64,000 nt of DNA, taken from positions 17,360,001 to 17,424,000 of the forward strand of contig JAQFVV010000008.1 in the NCBI GenBank assembly GCA_028023455.1, written 5' to 3'. This stretch comes from Epiperipatus broadwayi (Eukaryota > Animalia > Onychophora). Positions 13,316 through 26,525 of this stretch are shown piece by piece. How positions within the stretch are numbered: position 1 is the stretch's first letter; each line of letters begins with the position of its first letter. A model generated the notes under the pieces. The model was not told the origin of the DNA. It ran no database searches and worked only from the letters and a program-made list of their open reading frames with translations. The position numbers and the translations under genes are program-made.

Positions 13316-14849
13316 TTTTCACCATTATTTGTGGCATAATTTGGAAAATATGAATAAATATCCAAATAAAAGTTATTTGTTAATAATAATAGTTTCTTGC
13401 AATATAAATTCATCCTTCTGTATATCTGAGATCTATATGATTATTTAACTATCTAATAAAGACATTTTATTACATTTTTAAAAAGGTTTCTTTTCTCATA
13501 TTCCAAACAACAACAACACATACTTGTAGAATTAAATGTTTTAAGATTGCTTCTCCAAATAATTCATATTTAATATATTAATAATTTATCAATACCTAGA
13601 TGATATTAAAGTAATTATAAATTTTTAATAATACAGTCTGCACTATCTCTTCTCTAAGGCCATTATCATCTTAATAATATCAAATAAGTTCATATCTAGT
13701 CTTTTTAACGAACATAAGCAATTATCTCTCATTACTAAGGATAAGATTTAGTGGAAAATGTTTTCTATTTTGCATATGAAAATTATTAAGATAAATTACT
13801 TGCATCTTTTCATTTTATATAGGCAAAATGGTTTGATAATCTGCAGGATTTCTTGTTAGTTCATTGTAGCTACTTGAATGACGTTTTGTTCTTTCCATTA
13901 TCGTAAGCTTTATAGTTAGCTCATGTAGAATACCAATGAGGATAATTTGCTTTTTATTCCATGATGAAATTAATTAACAAGCTTCTTAAAATGTATTCCA
14001 CGTGTTTTAACATTATTATTATTTTTAATATTAAAACAATAATATTTTAATAAATTTGTACTGAACATTTTTAAGACAAGAAAATATACTTTCCCATTTA
14101 ATGATTTCTTGAATTATCCCTTTTATCACCTGTTTATCTTCTATTTATAGGAAAAAATTCACAATATCTGAATTTTCAGATATCTGGCAAAAATAAATAT
14201 TAATTATTTTTGCATTTTTAAAAATAATTAAAACTAATATTAAATCAATATTTCTTAATTTTAATAAAATGCTGTTTATTTAAAATTAAATTTTAACACT
14301 TATAAATAACTATTGATTTTATGAATTTTTAAGGAAATTTATATGATTAAAAGGAATAATATTTATTATTTATATTTAACAACTTCTTAAAATGTACCAG
14401 GAAATAAATTTTATTTATTATCAAATGGTGTGTGTGCACATTATTAATGCATATCTCACTTTTCATTTATCTTATTTTAAAATAATAAATAAATAGCAAT
14501 TTTCAATTTGATTCATAAAAATATTAATTTTAATCATTATAACTACAGAGTAAAAATACTTTTTGTGAATTTAACTATTATTACTTATTTATTTCAAAAT
14601 AAATAATACAATTTATATTTCAAACTATAACTTATAGATTATATCTATCTAAAGAAAATTAACTCAAATTTAACACTAAAGAAACAAACATTTTAAATTC
14701 TCCTACAAATTAAATAAGTTTTTATTAACCATTATATAAAATTAAATTTCTTTAACAAAATTGACTATTAACAATAACCATACAATGATTTACTAAATAG
14801 AAAAGTTACAATATATATATATGACTCCTTGCACAAGTATTTCCTTGTT

Positions 14850-16520
14850 TGGAGTTATTTTAATTTTTGTATTGTTTATGTATTATAATAAATCTTTATC
14901 AGTCCTTTGGTTTACAAGAAATACATAACTTTGATTGCAAGGGTTACAGGTGCAATCATGTTTTTCAGATTTTTATAGATTTTAAGGGTTACATTATTCA
15001 GTTGCAAGGTATGTTTTTTTTACAAACACTGCTGGATGCAGAGATGTTTGTCAAGTTTAAACATTAAAGTCTTTAAAAAACAGTTCAATATAAAATATAA
15101 TTTCATACATAGATAGATATGACTTAAGATTGTAAAATCTCGTGTCATATTGGAAGTTACAGTCACTAAATTAATCTTCATTATTGCTGTACGAAGAACA
15201 AAATCAATTCAGAGTAGAACTACATATGATGAGCAGCTAGTGAATGGTAATAGATGGGGAGTAAATTCTATAATCTGTTTGTGGATGGTCTTGAAGGCAG
15301 TTAATGTAGGTAAGCTATGTTGAGGGTAATAGATGGTAACCATTGAGTGCTATTCAATGTGGTTATTATTGGACCGTGACTTTTTATAGATTAGATGGTA
15401 GTTTCTGTACTGACCAAATGGCAGCAAAAATATCTGATAGTGCAGTATTGTTGTCCTGGACCTTGATTTGTTGGAGCTTATTGATAAATGTAGCTGGATG
15501 TCTTCGGGTGTTGCTGCCAATGATAAAGACGCAGCTAGTCAACCAGAAGGCATATAGGTTGTTGCATATGGATGGGTGTATTATTATGATGATGATGTTT
15601 CGGAGTAAAACTTTATTGAGCAAAAAGTAAGATTACATCAGTAAGATACAAATGATACAGTCAGCATTGATTACATGTATACAAAAAAAATTATAAAAGC
15701 ATAACTGATAATATGGATTTTTTTTTTTTTTTTCAAGCCACAGTCACACCAGCCAATTTATGACTGAAAAATTGATAGGGATTATAGTTCTTGATCTAGG
15801 TAGCTGATGCCTAGGTGTTATGTAGCTGAGAATAGTGGTCTGGTGAGATTAATGCCATTGTTTCCCATTCATTTATGAAGTGAGAAGTCTGTTAGTAGTA
15901 AATCTGGATATGCACTGTGGAGACTATGTTTATGACACATTCTAGTGCTGGAAAGTGCTTTGTAATGGCGGTAATAGTGATGACATGTTTCTGAATGTGG
16001 AAAACTGAGTTGATTTTTGGAGACAGACACCATCTTGCTGTGCCATAGCAACTTATTACAAAATGATGAGATATATGAGGTAAAGAAATTTTGAAAATTT
16101 TATGATAGGCAAATAGTAGGTGATTTTTGTGATTATCGATTGATGAAGTTTACTTTAGAGTATAGTGAGAGAGATGATTTGCAGAATGAGGTGATTATTC
16201 ACTTGGCATCATTCTTGAGTTTATTTTGGATTTTCTGCCTTATACCAGTAACACAGGTGGAATGTAAAACTAAGGAAAGCAGAGAGATAATCATGGTAAA
16301 GTTGGTTGAGTGTTTTTCCAGTATAAAGAAATCATGCAAATGTTTTATTTATATTGAGAATTTAAGTTTATATTTAGTTGTATATTCATCAAGAAGAGTG
16401 GGCAGTTGCTTTTTGGAAGTTAGGAAGATAGTGATATCTATGTAGACCAGGTATGTATGTTGATGTGTGGAATTTGAATTCCTGTTGTTTTTTTTTGTTG
16501 GATCTTGGTTATGAGAGAGT
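14850..16520 (-). mobile_element. 5'-truncated LINE copy A (post-RT region and 3' UTR)
   Basis: YYRHYKALSSTRM resembles the LINE LYK.L.R..+.YG motif; 3' UTR at 14900-15000 is homologous to 16760-16860. Confidence 0.55.
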
Positions 16521-16749
16521 TAATATATATGATAAATTGTAGGAAACTGAGAGGTGAAACTTGGGGACCAATTGGTAAGGTGTGAATGACAGTGATGAAC
16601 TGCCATTATGTATAACATGAATCTCTCTGGTAAGCAATAAATTGGTCAGGGTGTATAGAAGAGAGGGAGTTATAATGGTGGCTGCAATCATGAATTATGG
16701 TAGCTGTTACTGCTGAATTAGGGTATGATGATGGTAGTGATGTTTCAAC

Positions 16750-19700
16750 AATAATTTTATTAAACTTTGTTTACAAAAATTACATAAGTTTGGTTGCAAA
16801 GGTTACAGTGGCAATCTTTTTTTTCTCTTGGTTTTAAATAGTTCAGTATTTAAAGTTACATTAATTATTTATAATTTGTATTTAAATATCAAAGTTTCTA
16901 AATTATTAATATATCTGCAAAAAACTTAAGTTCTACCTTCAGATTGCTAGAGAATAGGTCAATATATAAAAGCTGACAACACTAACCATTGTGTAGTTGT
17001 TTGTACTATTTTGAATTAGAGATTCGTTGGTTGCTTGAGAAGAGACTAAGTTGCTGCTTGGATGTCTGAAGGAGCAATTATGGAATCCCTATCCTTAAGT
17101 TGCATAAGTTTGTTTATAAATGTTGATGGATGTTGCCTGGTATTATTTCTCAGAATAAATGTACATTGAATACACCAAAATGCAAATAGTATAAATGTAT
17201 TAGGCCAAGCTGTGGATGTGTTAGACTTTTGATATGAGTTTTTTTACTGACTTGAGAGTTTCGGTTGCCTATATGTATTTAAGATGAGATCGTGAATTTT
17301 GTTCAAGGCTTGATACGAATAGAAAAATATGTTGCTGTGTTTCTTTAGCTGCATGACACAGACCATAGAATGAATCACTAGGTTTATACAGCCTCGATGT
17401 CTGATAAAGTACGAGATAGGTAAGACATGCAGGTTAATTTGGATTAGAAAATCAAATAATTCTGGCTCAAGTGACCATCTCTAGAATTTGCGTAATAGTT
17501 GTTTATTGCTAGCATGGGCAAATTTAGACCAGAAACAATATTGGGGTATAGCAAAGTGGATATTTGAATGTGTGTACTTTGTATTGATTTAATGAGATGT
17601 GAGGTATCCATATGTTGGCGACGGCTTGTCAATAAATGTTATGGGAATTAGATATTTAAGTTTTCTGAAGCGACTAAGAATAAAGGCAAGTAGATTAACT
17701 GCCCTCTGAATTCTGAAGATTTTAAGGTTATGACGTCCCAATCCATTTTGAATAGATGTTTGACTAAGCTGTTTATGATATATGGAAACCTCCTTTCTTC
17801 CCACAAAAGCTTATTGCAAAGGGAGGAAATGGTAGATGTAAATACTTTTGTGAATTTAATTATGGGTGTGTAATAGTGTGTCTTTAGAATAAGTATATTA
17901 ACAATTGGATTTTTAAATAGATGGAAACATACGCTTTGGATAAGAAGTAGTAATTTTTAGTGTGTGATCCTTAAATTTGTTTTATGTTTTGCCTCATTCC
18001 ATGTACCCCTAAATAAAATGGGAAGCCAGGTAATGCAATGGGATTTCCTTTAAAGATTTTTGTATGTGGTTTGTTGGTATACAGTTACTATGCAGCAGTT
18101 TTGTTAAGATTGCATTTTGTTTGTGAGTGGATGTGTAGTTTTGAAGTAATTTGCAGTTTTTTTCTATGAAGGGAGGAAGACAGATATGTCATCCATGTAT
18201 GCAATACATGAGATAAATTGTTCTGTGTGGGAATATGGATATCGGTAATTGTTTGCTGAATTTGTATTAGAAGAGGATTGATGTAATAAATGAGTAGAAG
18301 CAAACTTAGTGATGATTTTTGGGAAATGGATTGATTAGGAGTGAACAATTTTAAATTTCTTCCATTGAGAGTAATGTGCATCTCCTGGCTTAGTATTAGG
18401 TTGGTGATTAGATATAATAATGTAGTTGGTATTGTAGTTTCAGCAAGCATATCTATTAATGTTTTAATATGAACTGAATCAAAGGCTGCTTCAATGTCAA
18501 CCTGTATAAACATTGGTACAATTTTTTTTTGTACACTTTGAATTGTTTTATACATAACACAGTTTGTGTGATTAATTGACTCTTCTTAGCAAACTGGATT
18601 GGTTAAATCAGGGGAAGCAAGTGCACCTCTAATTGGTCTTCTATGATTTTTTCCAAGATTTTATGGCCAGTGGACCCGTGGAGATAGGCTGAAGGTTAGA
18701 AAGTGGATATGGACAATAGCTTTTTGATGAATGGAACCAAAGCTATAGGGTTTAGACCTTTATTGCATATATTTTTTGTGAGAGATAGTTAACAAGGCTG
18801 CAGAGATATCTGTTAGTAAATTGACTAAGATGAGAAAATATAAATTATGGTATTCCATTAGTTCTTGGAAGACATGCCTTATAAATGGTTGCCAGCTTCA
18901 TTAAACTGATCAATACATAATGGTTCATGTGTTTCTGGGTGGTCCAAAGTAGTCTGGAGTTGGTTTGGAAGTAGGATGTATTTGTAACTTTTTCTGGCAA
19001 CAGTAAATAGGATGTATCATGTTGCGATCGGTATAGGTGGCCGCTTTAATTTGCATTGCCATTGGGATTGTCATCTTGGAGGAATAATCTAGTACCTATC
19101 TAATATATCCCAGAATCTAAGTGTGTTGTTGACAGGCAAATTTTTGTTTTTTGATTGCAAGGTACTTTTTAAGTTATTGACATATTTTATTGTATGTTTA
19201 TATAAGCGTGTATGTCTGCTGATATGCATGATGGTTAGTGTTTGCCATGACTTATTTGCTTGTGAATCTCGTCAGCCATTGTAAGAAGATAAGGGGGAGG
19301 AGTGGATTGCCGTGTTGTATGGTGAATGTTAAAGGAAAATATGTTTATAAATGCAAGATATTTTTGAATTGGGTCTGTAGTTAATTGTTCCAATTTATTT
19401 AGCATTATATATATCTCTGAAAACAAAGATTCAGTGGTGATTGATGGAAAAAGAATTCATGTAGTTTTTTCAAATAGTACATTGGTGATATGTAGGTAAT
19501 TTAAATTAATTGTAATGGTTTGTGAAGAGTGATCAGGGAATGGAATAGGATTGACTTCAAGGTCAATTAGATTGTGCAACATAGATGATTAAAAGCAAGT
19601 CATAAAGGGTGGCATATCATTTGTTATGAAAGATAACTTATTGGATAGAAAACCCTGTGCACTCAGGAGTGTGGCAAGTTGATGAAGCCATTTTAATATA

Positions 19701-19860
19701 AATTCAGAGTATTGAAAGTTAAAGTCACCCATTATTACAGTGGGGTGAATAGAAGATCCAATTATTTGATTAATAGTAAGTATTAATGCTGGCTATTTTT
19801 TTTGGACCAGAGGGAAATATATACAAATGTGACTGATTGCTATGGTAAAACGTACTTAAT
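16750..19860 (-). mobile_element. Degenerate APE-RT LINE copy B (non-LTR retrotransposon)
   Basis: APE motifs VIMGDFN (about 19730) and PDH (about 19530); RT ORF 18088-18555 with VDIEAAFDSV and SQKSSLSLLL (PQGS.LSP-like); post-RT domain at 17589-17804. Confidence 0.85.
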
Positions 19861-19972
19861 GAGAATCACACACAAAAAAATCAAATCAGATGTCACATGA
19901 CTTAATTTAATAAGCTTGTATTACAAATGATATATATAGAGATCGCAAATAAGCTCTTAACAAGGTTTGCAG

Positions 19973-20033
19973 AATATCCCCAACCCCAGATCGATATCTG
20001 CTACTGGCATCCTCAGTGAGGTGCTAGGATATT
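19973..20033 (-). ncRNA. Type I hammerhead ribozyme motif (GAUA core variant)
   Basis: AATATCC tagc ACCTCA CTGAGGA TGC cagta GCA GATA TCGA TC TGGGGT tgg GGATATT. Confidence 0.65.
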
Positions 20034-20153
20034 CAAGCATTAGATTAAAAATATCAGGACAAGCCCAGCACTTCATCTAATGTATAACTATTGAGTAGAA
20101 AATCTGAAATTTTTAGACATTTATAATGTTTTCCAATTCAGCTATCTAACTTA

Positions 20154-20214
20154 AATATCCTAGCATCTCACTGAGGACGCCAATAGCAGAGACCGGTCTG
20201 GGTTTGGGGATATT
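20154..20214 (+). ncRNA. Type I hammerhead ribozyme motif (GAGA core variant)
   Basis: AATATCC tagc ATCTCA CTGAGGA CGC caata GCA GAGA CCGG TC TGGGTT tgg GGATATT. Confidence 0.6.
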
Positions 20215-22616
20215 CTGCAAAGCTAGTTATGAGCTTATTTGTGAGCTCTATATATAACATGATAATTATTGCTATGATTTTTAACATTATAAAGTCATTG
20301 AATTAATTGCTCAAACTTCTTATGAACTCGTGAGTAATAAGGCTTTTTTGTCGGGTGCTCAGACTACCGATGGACTCTACAGGTGATAAATAATGGAATG
20401 GTCATTAGATATGAAGACCAGTTGTGAAAAATGAACAGTGCCCAAGCAAGAGTTTCTGCTGCCCTGTAGGATAGAATGTTGATTCATCAAAAAATAGGTA
20501 CTGTTTCTGATACTCTTTTCTATCTCCCTCTTTACCTTCTTCAGTCACTTAATTTAGGGCTCTGTCATCATGAGCCTTTCATGCCATCAGGTATCACCTT
20601 ATAATAATTGTTACAATAAGATTGTATATTTGTACAACATTTCCATCGTTTAACTATATGTACTCTGCCTACAATTCTCTTTTTCTTCATTTTTTTTTTC
20701 TTTTTATCTCGAGCCCTCTAGAATTAAGAAAGCAATGATGAGGACAGACTTGATTGACTGGCAGTACTTAGTTTGGTATAAAAATGACCTGTCTTACACA
20801 GTCTGGCTAATTTATCATGTCTGGCGGATTACTTATTTTAACAGTAGGAATATCTGTAGTAGGAGTGGTAAAGCAAAAGGCAGTCAAAAGTTTTAAGTAT
20901 TATAAATTTAATGTTGAAAATTTTGGTAAGCAATATCTCAAGAAAATGTAATGTGGAAAATAACTGTATGCAAAAACTTATACAAGGTACATTTAAAATA
21001 TTTTCCATATAAATTTTTTTTTTTTTCTAAATATAAGTGTATGGAATGTGTAAACTTTGATACAAACTTTTAAACATCAGAACAGAGGGGACTGCACTTA
21101 TGGTTAAGGAACTGTTGTGATTTACCATTGATATACAAAGGGAGTTTATCGCAAAAGATGGATGGATACAAGTTTTTTTTTTTTTGGAAAGAGACTAATC
21201 AAAGAAAAAATGCATAGTGTTGGATTTGCTGTATAGTCTAATTTAATATCTATAATTGTTCAAATTTCTCATCAATGAAAAGCTAATGATCTTAAAACTT
21301 GCCTTGCTTAATGGATCTAGTGCTCATTTTATTAATATTTAGATTAAGAGAAATTCAGAGAACAAAAGATTTTATTTCTTGCTGGATAGCATTATTATAG
21401 CAATATTATTAAAAGATCAAATGTTTCATTTTGGAGACTTTAATGCGTGCCCTTGGTGCAATTAATAAACTTTGGCCAAAAATTGTTGCAAATAATGTTA
21501 CTAGAGCTATAAATTCAAGTGATTTGTTATTCAATTTATGTACAGCATATGAAATGACTAAAACACTGTTTAGGGGGAAAAAACTTACCTTAATGCATCA
21601 TGGATGCATCCATGCTCAAAACACAAAAACTTCATATTACACAAACACAAGCTCAAATTGTTGAACAGATCATAGATTAATATGTTTTAAGATTAAAATA
21701 ATAGATGCATTAAAAATAGATATTATTTCTATCGTATTCACAAGAAAATTGACGTTATTTAGGAGAATCTACATATTAAATTTTAAGCTGTTAAAAATTA
21801 ACTGCTAACTTGGATCTTCAGGTCTGTTATATTACTGAAGCATCTTAAGGGAGGGTATTATTGATATAAGTAAATTATTCTTTGGTTCACTAAAAAGAAG
21901 AATCATGACTGGTTTGCTGACAGTGATCTTATATTAAGGAAATGTATAACATTTTCTGTTTGACAGAATAACAGATTAAATGTGGAACTTCATAAAAAGA
22001 TCTGAAGGCAGAAGTTCAATGACTGACAAGAAGTCTTTAAAATAATTGGTGGAGTAAGATTGCAAAGAAGACATGGACATTCACCGATCATGTTCATTTT
22101 ATTTTGATGCATCGAAAGCAATATATGAACCTCACAATCCTAAAAAATCCAGCAATGCTACTCTTTATATGATGACAATGTCATTTTGAATAAGCAGAAA
22201 GAGTATTTTGATCATCTTTTGAATTATGATATAAAAATATATTCATATTATACACTTTCTACATGATGGAATGAGGGAAAGTGTTATTACTACAAGTGGA
22301 AAATCTGAAGCATTTTAAATGTAAACTAGTGTTAAATAAGAATGTGTACCTCCAACTTTGTTTTCAATTTTATGAATAGTTTTTAGAATTGTTTATAGGT
22401 AGCTCAAATACAAGTTTGATGGTAAAATTTTTAATTTAAAACAAGAACTTCACTTGATAATTTTTATTAGTCATTCATTAGACTAGAGATTCAATAATGA
22501 GTAATACTTCTGTACACCACTCTCACTCAAGGTAGGAACTAGTTTGTATCTGCTTTTAACACCTTGTGAAGGGATATAATCATAAACATACGACCAAAGA
22601 TGTTAAAAAGATTATC

Positions 22617-22660
22617 CACAAATGCACATTTTGTGCTGACCCAGCACTCATCAGTTGGCC
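22617..22660 (-). ncRNA. Degenerate type I HHR (family 2)
   Basis: CCAA CTGATGA GTGCTG ggt CAGCAC AAAA TGTGCA TT TGTGG; G12 changed to A. Confidence 0.6.
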
Positions 22661-22893
22661 CATACCACAATCTTTTACACATATCTTTATCGTTGTTCAG
22701 AATCTATGTAGATAGCAAATTATTATGATTTATGTAGATACATATATACTGCAGAAAAGAAAGCTAAGTGTAAGAGATTGTCTGAGCCAATTGATGGTTG
22801 GGTCAGCACGAAGTGTGCATCTTGGAAAGTTTATTTGCTATCTACATATGTACTGAACAATGATAAAGATACGTGTGAGAGATTGTGTCTAGG

Positions 22894-22935
22894 CCAACTG
22901 GTGAATGCTGGTTAAGCATGAAATATGCATCTTGG
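22894..22935 (+). ncRNA. Degenerate type I HHR (family 2)
   Basis: CCAA CTGGTGA ATGCT ggtta AGCAT GAAA TATGCA TC TTGG; A6 changed to G. Confidence 0.6.
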
Positions 22936-23230
22936 GTATCATAGATCTTTTTCATGGGTCTTTGGTCATATGTTTATTAATACAGTCCTTCATAAGGTGT
23001 TAAAAGCAGATAGAAACCAGTCTCTATGTTGCATGAGAGAGGTGTAATGAAATGTACTCTACAGAAATATCCAATATTGGATAATCTGAAGTCTAACGAA
23101 TGACTAATAAAAATTATTAATATACTTATAAGTAATTTTTGTCAAAGTTGTGAGGGCAGCACATTTGACATATCAATTATACAGTAGTAATTTACTATCT
23201 AAAGATATGTATAAGAGATTGTGATGTGGG

Positions 23231-23272
23231 CCAAGTGATGAGTCCTGCTTCAGCATGAAATGTGTATATTGG
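23231..23272 (+). ncRNA. Degenerate type I HHR (family 2)
   Basis: CCAA GTGATGA GTCCTG ctt CAGCAT GAAA TGTGTA TA TTGG; C3 changed to G. A further partial copy lies at 22787-22825. Confidence 0.5.
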
Positions 23273-25227
23273 ATATCATAGATGTTTTTCACATCTTTTT
23301 GGTTATATGTTTATGAATACATCCCTTCACGAGGCATTAAAAGCAGATAGAAAACAGTCCCTACCTTGAGTGAGAGTGGTATAGTGAATATTTTACTACA
23401 GAAATATTTATTAGAAGAACTTCATTTCCTTGGATTCTGGATTTAATTAAAGTATGCTGATGATTTTGCTATTTTTTCCAGTTCAAAAGATGATTTACAG
23501 AATATTTTTAATGTTTTGAACGCAACTTAAAAGATCTTGGTTTATTATTCAATCTTTAAAAAAAAACTAATTCTTTATCAGCCAGTAATGGAAAAAAAAT
23601 CCTCAGCAACTTTTAGTTTGGATGAGAATGTAAATCAATTTAAATACCTCAGTAGTTTTTTAAGTAGAAAAAGAACTTGGATGTTTAGGTCCAACATTGA
23701 CACGAATCTGCTGCTGCTGCTTTTAACAAGTTAAAAAGTAGAATACTCCATCACAGGGAAATAACTGCAGCTAAGTTAGTTGTATATAGAACTTATTTTA
23801 TCTAATTTATTATATGGTAGTGAAAAGTGGACACATTATTAATACAATATATGGGCATTATAATAGTTTCATTTACGGATGTTCCATAAAATTTTTAAAA
23901 GTATAATGGGAATATTGTAAAATCATTCAATATGTTATTCAACTTTCTGAATCTGATAAAACACATTTTCATTAGATTGAACATGTAAAGTGAATGAGCA
24001 ATGGAAGACTTCCTAAAAGGGTGTTTTATGGTGAACATGAGCTTGACATTCATAGCATAAATCTCCATCTACATTATAAGGATTATCTCTAAGACATTCT
24101 AAAGAAGTGCAATTTCAATTGTTTTCCATTGAGAAGATATAGCATTGGAGAGTTATAATTTAGGCATACTGTTTAAGCATTTCAGAAAGAACAATTTTCT
24201 GTTAAGGAAATTAAAAAAACAACATTGCAAAATATCAAGTGAATAGAAAAATGGACCAGCATGTTTTATGATTCATAGATTGGATTGTACAGTCATGCAA
24301 AACTCATTTCTATAGTAGTTTTTCTTTCCTTTTTTTTGAGTTGGAAATGGCCAAACTCGTCTCTGAGTGGCTGTTAATTATTATTAAATATAATTTATGT
24401 GTTTAATTGAATAATATTTTTAGTTTTAACAGGATGATAGCACTATTGATTTAAAAATAATTTATCTATTTTTATTTTTATAATATTTTAAAAATATAAT
24501 TTTCTTTGAATTAATACAAATATTTCCTTTGAATTAATAAAAGTTCTTTTATTTTTAAAAAATTTTTTTATTCCTTGTTTAATTTTTATTGTTTTAAATT
24601 TATTAATAGATTGCATAATTAAATTAGATTTTTTTTTATTATAAAAAAAATGAAAAATTTAAAAACTCATTATTTGACAAAACTTTAAATAAATGAGTCA
24701 AAATTTCCAGTATGGGATTAGGACTGTTAAGCATTAGCAAACTATTACTAACAATGTTCAAGAATTATTATCTAGTAATAATAATTATTTTTAGGCAGAT
24801 GGGTAAGTCTAACATATAAAATAGAAGTTTTGAAATTAATGGATGAGAAAATTAAGGAAAAAAGTTTTGGATTGGATATGCTTTTTTAATGTGCAGGAAT
24901 TAAAATTATATTGTGTTTGGAGAAAGGAGGGGGAAAAGAAAAATTAACAGATAAATTTTTAAAAAAAAAATCTTATGAGTATTTGAAAAACAGAATAACT
25001 AGCATGACTAAAAATGGGATATAAGATGTTGCATAAGACTTATTGGCAGACCCTTGATATTAACAATATAAAGTTAAAATGTGTAGTAATTTCAGATGTA
25101 ATTGTATATCCAAACAGTTTACAAATTTGTATTAATCTTATTTTATGAATATTTTTCTATGTATTTTTTTAAAAATAAAATTTATATTTTTTAATTAGGC
25201 ATACTTTTTTTTTTTTTTTAAAAACAG

Positions 25228-25255
25228 ATCAGTGAGAATGGAGAGTATTACAAAT
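25228..25255 (+). CDS. Candidate exon with start codon (MESITN), host RRM gene
   Basis: Long poly-T tract plus CAG acceptor, GTAAGT donor; ATG at 25238 gives 6 codons ending in phase 0, compatible with exon 36539. Confidence 0.4.
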
Positions 25256-26367
25256 GTAAGTATTTTAATTTTACATATATGTTTTAATTAATGATACACT
25301 AGAATTTATAAACATATTTAGGATGAAGAAGGATTGAATAAATATATTAAAGCAAAACATGGAAGAAAATTATATTTTAAACTAAATTTTAATCTTTTGA
25401 ATTTAAGACTATAAAAAATTAATAAATTTTTCCTATGCTGTGTATATTGTTTGTCCATATCCTATTTAAATTAGAAGCCAAATAATACATTTGTTTACAT
25501 TCTTCATTATTATTATTTAAAATAAATCCTAGATATGATATAGAATAAAATATCTTTATATAACAACAAAATAATATATGACAATAGCTGTAATATAATC
25601 ATAACATAAAAAAGCTCTTTTCAGCAATTTTTAATTTTTGCCCTTTTCAATGGGTTTTGGTTAATTACAAAAAGCAACCTATATTGCATACATAGCGACA
25701 TCTACTGGCTTTATATAAAATTAACACAAGCCTATAATTATGCTTTAGTGTCTTTATAATAACACACATTGCATAACCCTCCATTCGTTTTTCATTATCC
25801 AATTATTATTTAAACTAATTGATGTTTTATAAATGTTCATACAATTATTTCTGTTATAATTAATGTAATTAGTTTCATATATCTTCCTTCTATTAATTTC
25901 TTTAGTCATTTAATGTGTTTGATAAATAACTTACATGTTTTATTTATTTATTTCTATAAAATAAACATGGAGAATAGAACACATGCTAAAATAAAACATT
26001 AATTAGACTTGCTGTGTCATCTTGATTAAAAAAATTTCCTTTAAAATCTTTTTAAATAAATCAATTTACATGTAAAATTATGTCATCCAGAATTTGATTC
26101 TTTGCAAGTTCCATCCTTCATACTAAGGAGCAGCTTGGCATATGGCTTATCTCCATTATTCTTTCTTAATCAATATTTAGATCAACTTTAACCAGCAGAT
26201 CAGTAATTCATTAAAAGCAGTTGTTTGTTTGAAAACCCATTGAAAGTCTCTCATGCATAAACTTATTCACATTTCCTATTAACAAAATTATAAAACCTCA
26301 ATAATAATATATTTACACTAACACTACTATTTATTTTTTTTCTATCAAAAACTATAATTTATTATAT

Positions 26368-26525
26368 ATCATCATCATTGTCACCCATTATCAATCCACT
26401 GTAGATGAAGGTCTCTCCAAGTTCAATCCATCTTTTATTTCTAGCCTCTCTTCGCCACATCACCTTTGCACACTTTCTTATTTCATCCATCCATCTCACA
26501 TGTGTCTTTCTGGATCTTTTACATA
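26368..26525 (-). mobile_element. RTE LINE 3' end fragment
   Basis: Peptide RWMDEIRK..WRREARNKRWIELGETF followed by a (GAT)n tail. Confidence 0.7.

Larger units (their letters stand above)
19928..20259. repeat. About 105-bp inverted repeat pair, each arm carrying a type I hammerhead ribozyme motif
   Basis: Arms about 19928-20033 and 20154-20259 align with scattered mismatches; each contains CTGAGGA-stem-GANA-palindrome-TC. Confidence 0.8.
22453..23414. mobile_element. Retrozyme-like array of about 300-bp units (one inverted, then tandem) with four degenerate HHRs
   Basis: 22455-22720 is the reverse complement of 22830-23120; another copy at 23190-23410; AAGAACTTCA duplicated at 22443-22452 and 23415-23424; RTE peptide sequence resumes across the insert. 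Confidence 0.82.
21030..24330 (+). mobile_element. Degenerate RTE-clade (BovB-like) LINE, interrupted by the HHR array
   Basis: WNV*TL (21040), FGDFNA (21430), TDHRL, SVK*ECVPPTLFSI (GVKQGC..PTLF-like), KYADD (23450), FKYLSS, SEKWTHY, PKRVFYGE. Confidence 0.85.

Noticed and set aside
20720-20815. Possible HDV-like ribozyme or C/D snoRNA upstream of the RTE LINE
   Set aside because: P1 has a mismatch, L3 lacks CC, there is no GG for P1.1, and no terminal D box or stem.
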